The notes beneath the pieces are model-generated. The model ran no database searches. It saw only the letters and a list, made by a program, of their open reading frames with translations, and was not told where the DNA came from. A stretch of DNA of 22,702 bases, from assembly GCA_016839765.1 (NCBI GenBank), contig JAEOTP010000019.1, positions 1-22,702 of the forward strand, given 5' to 3'. Of this stretch, positions 18,315 through 22,702 are shown piece by piece. The DNA is from Promethearchaeota archaeon (GTDB lineage: Archaea > Asgardarchaeota > Lokiarchaeia > Sigyniarchaeales > SOKP01). The first letter of the stretch is position 1. Every line of letters starts with the position of its first letter. Both the position numbers and the translations under genes were made by a program.

Positions 18315-19007
18315 TTATTCAGATTCTGGTATTGCTTTTAATGATTCAATAATCTTTAGGATGTCCTCTGCTAACTCGTATCTTTGATCTCTGTATTTAT
18401 CACGATTTAAGTGTTTTTCGACTTTCAACGGAGTTCCAATTTTTACGCGTATTCCATCTACCTTAATCATGTTAAACAGTTTTGTCTTCTCTGAATAGAT
18501 TGCTAATGGAATAATAGGAGCGCCTCCTGCAACAGCGAATTTAATTATCCCTGCCATAGCTTTTAATTGAGTCTCAGGATCCAATTTTGATTCAGGTGTC
18601 ATTGCCACTAGGTCACCAACTTCATTAAGATAATGAAATACTTTATCAATTGGCTCTGTATCCTCTTTATCATAAGTGCTACGGAACATACCAAGTGCCT
18701 TTAAAACAGGTCCATAAATCTGATGGCTCATTAATTTATGATGTACCATAAAATGAATCCTACGTCCAGATACTTGGCTTATTATTGCAATATCCCTTAA
18801 AGCATTGTCACTTAAAGTTGTTAATATTGCTTTATCCCTAAGAGGAATATTCTCTTTTCCATCAATTTTTAGGCCAGTAAAAAGTGATAACCCTGCCCAA
18901 CTAAGTCCTTTAACTGTGCCATACAGAACATCATTCAACAATTCCTTACTAAAAAGTTTATCTTTTCCCTTTGTTTCTGGTTCTGGTTCTTGAGTTACTT
19001 CTGCCAT
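18315..19007 (-). CDS. PlsC/lysophospholipid acyltransferase-fold protein with degenerate catalytic motif
   Basis: LKIDGKENIP, RRIHFM, GPVLKALG, MTPES (cf. FPEG), APIIPLAI, VKIGTPL. Block I NHxSxxD is replaced by TLSDNALRD. Confidence 0.82.
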   Translation of the reverse strand: MAEVTQEPEPETKGKDKLFSKELLNDVLYGTVKGLSWAGLSLFTGLKIDGKENIPLRDKAILTTLSDNALRDIAIISQVSGRRIHFMVHHKLMSHQIYGPVLKALGMFRSTYDKEDTEPIDKVFHYLNEVGDLVAMTPESKLDPETQLKAMAGIIKFAVAGGAPIIPLAIYSEKTKLFNMIKVDGIRVKIGTPLKVEKHLNRDKYRDQRYELAEDILKIIESLKAIPESE

Positions 19008-19032
19008 TTTTTTATACCTTTTTTTTATTTTA

Positions 19033-19227
19033 TTATAATTTATCTACAAAATCATTAACTTCCTCCATTCGTCTCTCATAATATTCCTTTAATTCCTTTT
19101 CAGAAACAAATGTTGGAATTACTTTTTCTAAAAAAATATCAAATATAGTTGATAATTTAGTCTTATGTTGTAAGGTTTCGAGGAATTCCTCCCCCAATTC
19201 CTTTAAATTTTTAATAAATTCTGTCAT
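19033..19227 (-). CDS. Small acidic amphipathic-helical hypothetical protein
   Basis: 64 aa, strong AGGAGG RBS, 23-25 nt gaps to both neighbours. Confidence 0.75.
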   Translation of the reverse strand: MTEFIKNLKELGEEFLETLQHKTKLSTIFDIFLEKVIPTFVSEKELKEYYERRMEEVNDFVDKL

Positions 19228-19250
19228 ATTTATTATCTAACCTCCTGAAG

Positions 19251-20273
19251 TTAAAGTATCTCAGACCATTTTCCACATCTCGATCCCCATCTAGCAATAA
19301 CCTCGTCTTTCTCAACCAGAGAGCAAGTTATTATCTCACAGTTGTTAGGACAATCCCCGCAGTTAAATGCTTTCGTCTCGAATTCAATATCCGCAACTTT
19401 AAGTCCTCGAAATGTTGTTTCCTGCTCATGTTCTTGATAATAATCCCTTACTAATATTGCCATTCCTAAAGCACCCATAAGAACATTATATTTCGGAACT
19501 AAGACTTTACAACCAAGATGCCTTTCAAATGCTTGAACAATTCCTTTATTATATGAGACACCTCCCTGAAAAACAACAGGCTCATCCAAATCTTTTCCTT
19601 TAGACAAGTTATTCAAATAATTCCGGACAAGGGAATCACATAAGCCAGCAATAATATCCTCTTTGGAATAACCAGCATTTTGTTTATGTATCATATCTGA
19701 TTCTGCAAAGACAGTGCACCTCCCTGCGATACTAGCTCGATTCTTTGATTTCACAGCATAACTACCAAACTCCTCAATAGGAATTCCAAGTCTTCTTGCT
19801 TGATGATCCAAAAATGAACCTGTTCCAGCAGCACAAACAGAATTCATAGCAAAATCTACAATAATTCCATCTCTAAGTATAATGATCTTTGAGTCTTGAC
19901 CTCCGATTTCTAAAATTGTTCTTACATCAGGATACATAGATTGTGTTGCAACCGCGTGAGCAATAATCTCAGTTTTGGCAAGATCTCCTCCTACTACCGC
20001 CTTGGTTAAATATCTTGCCGATCCTGTGGTGCCACAACAACGTATTGCATAAGCTTTCAATTCTGGATTATCTTCTATATTATTTCGTAATTCTGCCATA
20101 CCTACTTTAGCGGAATCAATGGGAGAACCTTCATTACGTAAGAAAACACTCGTTAATACTTTTCCATTTGTGTCCATTAGAACAAATTTACAACTCACAC
20201 TCCCGATATCAATTCCTAAGAATGCATCCTTCTTTTCTACTTCTACCTTTACTTTATCAGAAACTTGAACCAT
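19251..20273 (-). CDS. ATP-dependent [4Fe-4S] CoA-substrate enzyme activase (HgdC/BadFG, ASKHA fold) with extra C-terminal Cys cluster; PlsA activase-like
   Basis: LGIDIGSVSCK, TTGSAR, EIGGQDSK, MNSVCAAGTGSFLD, CTVFAESD, FQGGV, then FNCGDCPNNC...GSRC. Confidence 0.93.
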   Translation of the reverse strand: MVQVSDKVKVEVEKKDAFLGIDIGSVSCKFVLMDTNGKVLTSVFLRNEGSPIDSAKVGMAELRNNIEDNPELKAYAIRCCGTTGSARYLTKAVVGGDLAKTEIIAHAVATQSMYPDVRTILEIGGQDSKIIILRDGIIVDFAMNSVCAAGTGSFLDHQARRLGIPIEEFGSYAVKSKNRASIAGRCTVFAESDMIHKQNAGYSKEDIIAGLCDSLVRNYLNNLSKGKDLDEPVVFQGGVSYNKGIVQAFERHLGCKVLVPKYNVLMGALGMAILVRDYYQEHEQETTFRGLKVADIEFETKAFNCGDCPNNCEIITCSLVEKDEVIARWGSRCGKWSEIL

Positions 20274-20285
20274 ATCATCACTTTT

Positions 20286-21473
20286 TTATTGATTTTGAAT
20301 CATTTGAAAGCATTCTTTATAAAAATTACTTCCATATTCATGATAAATATCATCTAAATCTTGTTTTAAATAATCTCTTTTGTGGGCAAGTTTATGCTCA
20401 CGACGAGAATACATGAGATCTACAAATGCTTCTAAGCGCGTTCGAAAGCCTTCAAATGCCATTGCCTCATCAAATGAAAAGAAAATAACTGGTAAATCAT
20501 AAACCTTCTTGAGTTTATTGGTTATGATGGTACGAGCTGTGACCTCTGGCATGCAGGTAAACGGATAAATATGTGCCATCCCATCGAAACCTGCGCGAGC
20601 CCTATCAATATATTCGCCCAAAACCCATATGCATTCCCCTCCAATATCCATTGGGACATACGGTTTTGCCAGATGTTCTAGCCATTTTCTGTGATAATTC
20701 AAGTGAAACTTGTGTACAACCCAATCCCATAAGCTTAAATTTTGATGAATTTCTACTTGCATTTCACCTAATTTGCGTCTTATATCTAAATTAACGTATG
20801 GTTCTAAAGAAATGTGAATTTCACCAGATACTGCAACTTTTAATGGATTTCGAGTTTTGTCAACGTCAATTTTGGTAAAATCTTCTTTAATGACCTTTTT
20901 AAAATTCCTTAAGCCTTTGAGGGTATTTGTCTCATCAAGTTTTAATAATAATTTTTTTACAACTCTTGTAGTATCACCTTGGTTGCGTTCATATGCGCGA
21001 TATAACCCTTCTGCAGTTTGTATATCATTCAATAATTTCGCTTTCTTCACAAAAAATATGACAGCTTTTACAAATTTTGAATAAATGAAAGGATCACTTC
21101 TCCCAGTAACTTGTTGAAGAGTTTTGACCCAATGAAATTCCAGAAGATCCGCCTGGTCCAAGGGAATCATGACAAAATCCTTATATCCCATGTCTCTTAA
21201 GATTCGCTCTTGGACACTCGCGTAGAATCCAAAGCGACAAGGTCCACAGTCAATAGCCATGACTAATACATCGGCTCCCTTATCTAATGCATTTTTGAAA
21301 TCTCCAATCGTTGCCTTAAATGGAAAACAGACAAATTCAGGGCTATATTTGACACCAATCTTAACGGCTTCTCGATTAGTCGGATCGGGCAATACAACGT
21401 CTAAATCCAAAGCAGTGAATAAAGTTTTAAATGCAACCCAGTTGGGACCCATATTGGGAAAACTTATAAGCAT
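20286..21473 (-). CDS. 2-hydroxyacyl-CoA dehydratase-like Fe-S reductase subunit (PlsR-like partner of the activase)
   Basis: ISFPNMG, GVKYSPEFVCFPFK, CGPCRFGFY, GEI, GGE, PFTCMPE, FDE...GFRTRLEAFVDL. Confidence 0.85.
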   Translation of the reverse strand: MLISFPNMGPNWVAFKTLFTALDLDVVLPDPTNREAVKIGVKYSPEFVCFPFKATIGDFKNALDKGADVLVMAIDCGPCRFGFYASVQERILRDMGYKDFVMIPLDQADLLEFHWVKTLQQVTGRSDPFIYSKFVKAVIFFVKKAKLLNDIQTAEGLYRAYERNQGDTTRVVKKLLLKLDETNTLKGLRNFKKVIKEDFTKIDVDKTRNPLKVAVSGEIHISLEPYVNLDIRRKLGEMQVEIHQNLSLWDWVVHKFHLNYHRKWLEHLAKPYVPMDIGGECIWVLGEYIDRARAGFDGMAHIYPFTCMPEVTARTIITNKLKKVYDLPVIFFSFDEAMAFEGFRTRLEAFVDLMYSRREHKLAHKRDYLKQDLDDIYHEYGSNFYKECFQMIQNQ

Positions 21474-21682
21474 CTCTATTAATCTCCTAATTTATTTCGA
21501 TATTCCCGTTAATCTCTTCGTATTTTCTTTTTTTTAAAGTATTTAAATTTTACTATTTGAACTTTTCTTAAACGATTTTTTAATTAAATAACACAGTCTT
21601 ATATAAAAAATTACCCATTAAGAACCGAATCGCAAAAGTATGTTAAAAGAATTTAAAAGAAGTAGATAAAATTAATAGCTTG

Positions 21683-21973
21683 CTAAATCTTTTTTAGTTC
21701 CATTCTTTCTTTAGTTTTTGTTTGTATTAATTCAATTGCGTCAAAAGGGCAGATTTCTCTATTTAATATTTTCTTCGAAACTTCTAAAATTATGTCAGAA
21801 TTATATTCATTTTCGCCTTCACGCAATTCTGACACTAATGATTTTAAAACTTTCAAATCTAAATCAAGACGTTTCAAATAATCTATATTTGATTTTTCTT
21901 TGCTCTTCATTAATTCCCAATTCAAATTAAGACGTTTCAAGTAATCCATATTTGAGTTTTTTTTACTCATCAT
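21683..21973 (-). CDS. Hypothetical protein with a 21-aa N-terminal tandem duplication
   Basis: MMSKKNSNMDYLKRLNLNWEL / MKSKEKSNIDYLKRLDLDLKV. Confidence 0.55.
   Translation of the reverse strand: MMSKKNSNMDYLKRLNLNWELMKSKEKSNIDYLKRLDLDLKVLKSLVSELREGENEYNSDIILEVSKKILNREICPFDAIELIQTKTKERMELKKI
21848..21973 (-). repeat. Two diverged 63-nt tandem units
   Basis: 'gacgtttcaa' at 21868 and 21931; flanking 'atatttga' also repeats at 63-nt spacing. Confidence 0.88.
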
Positions 21974-22391
21974 AATTCAATTCTTTTTAAAGTATTTAAA
22001 TACAAAGTTATTAATGAATAGAGATTTACAATTTACACAAGCTTGAAAAATATTACTTAAAATAGGTCTTATAAAGCTTTTTATTAAAATTATTCAAAAC
22101 ATTCTTCTTCTCTTTTTTGTATTGCTATTTTCATATCATAAACAAAAGTAAATCTTCAATCTCTTTCTTCTCTTTAGGTAAAATAGCAAAATTATCTAGA
22201 AGAGATAAAAGAAGTTCTTCAAAAGAGAGAAAAAAACCTACAGTCAAGAAAATCCATCTTAAAATCCTTAATCAAAAATATCATTAAATTTGGAATCATT
22301 TCTTAAATTATCAAGATGTTTGTCTACTTTATTTAAAAGTAATAGAAATGGAGATTAGATATAAAAAAATTTAAAAAAAGAAATCTTTAAA

Positions 22392-22581
22392 TCATACATC
22401 CTGAGCAGATTTAATCTTTATTTTTTCCCTTGGACTTAATCCAAGTTTTTTCCTCTTTCTTCGAACCATTTCAACAAAAGATTCTATTCTCGTGAGCATA
22501 CCAGCCTCCCCAATATGTTCATCCATAATAATCTCCAGAAACGATAATCCAACACTTTCATATCCCGCATAATCAAGTTTT
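22392..22581 (-). pseudogene. 3' fragment of a DUF2229-type activase-associated/reductase subunit gene
   Basis: Manual translation: KLDYAGYESVGLSFLEIIMDEHIGEAGMLTRIESFVEMVRRKRKKLGLSPREKIKIKSAQDV*. DEH-x-GEAG-x-x-TR-x-E-x-F is the C-terminal signature of this family. The frame is closed upstream by TGA at about 22617-22615. Confidence 0.75.
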
Positions 22582-22702
22582 GAAGGGAAAACAGACGAAC
22601 TCAGGGCTGTGTTTCACGCCAATCTTCACATCGTTACGATTCGTGGGATCTGGCAGAATCACCTCGGCACCCATACACTCGAAGAAAGTCTTGAACGCCG
22701 GC
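22573..22702 (-). pseudogene. GC-rich 5' fragment of a second PlsR-like gene, truncated by the window edge and an internal stop
   Basis: PAFKTFFECMGAEVILPDPTNRNDVKIGVKHSPEFVCFPFKT* versus VAFKTLFTALDLDVVLPDPTNREAVKIGVKYSPEFVCFPFKA in 20286-21473. Hand count gives 63 G+C in the last 122 nt (about 52%). Confidence 0.8.

Noticed and set aside
19251-21473. Benzoyl-CoA reductase (BcrABCD)
   Set aside because: Only one activase, carrying a CxxCxNxC tail, and the partner has FPxMG/SPEFxC/CGPCRFG motifs; no aromatic-degradation genes adjacent.
22000-22390. Possible decayed gene in the AT-rich gap
   Set aside because: Only short open stretches on manual translation, with no recognisable homology.
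1-22702. CRISPR array, tRNA/rRNA, IS element or integrase
   Set aside because: No regularly spaced repeats, no GC-rich structured RNA-like segment, and no transposase or recombinase motifs seen.

Overview
AT-rich, gene-dense prokaryotic window with about 24 coding regions. I saw no RNA genes, CRISPR arrays or mobile elements. The gene content (degenerate small-GTPase fold, small Zn-ribbon proteins, paralogous 7TM proteins, GTGA/GGAG-type RBS motifs, MttB-family and corrinoid proteins) suggests an Asgard archaeon (Lokiarchaeia-like); that is inference only. Two modules stand out. (1) A tight minus-strand operon (18022-21473) encodes a split PlsA/PlsR (plasmalogen synthase / glycerol-ester-reductase)-like reductase and ASKHA activase, co-transcribed with a PlsC-fold acyltransferase lacking its catalytic His and two small amphipathic proteins: a candidate acyl-ester-to-ether lipid system in an archaeon. 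(2) A corrinoid protein / homocysteine S-methyltransferase / non-pyrrolysine MttB-family operon (10750-13758) is a candidate split methionine synthase fed by methylated amines. Features missed by the ORF track: an internally deleted 7TM paralog pseudogene (7487-7754), a DUF2804-like gene that appears to begin at ATA 2342, a chimeric GC-rich gene fragment at the right edge, and two intragenic duplications.
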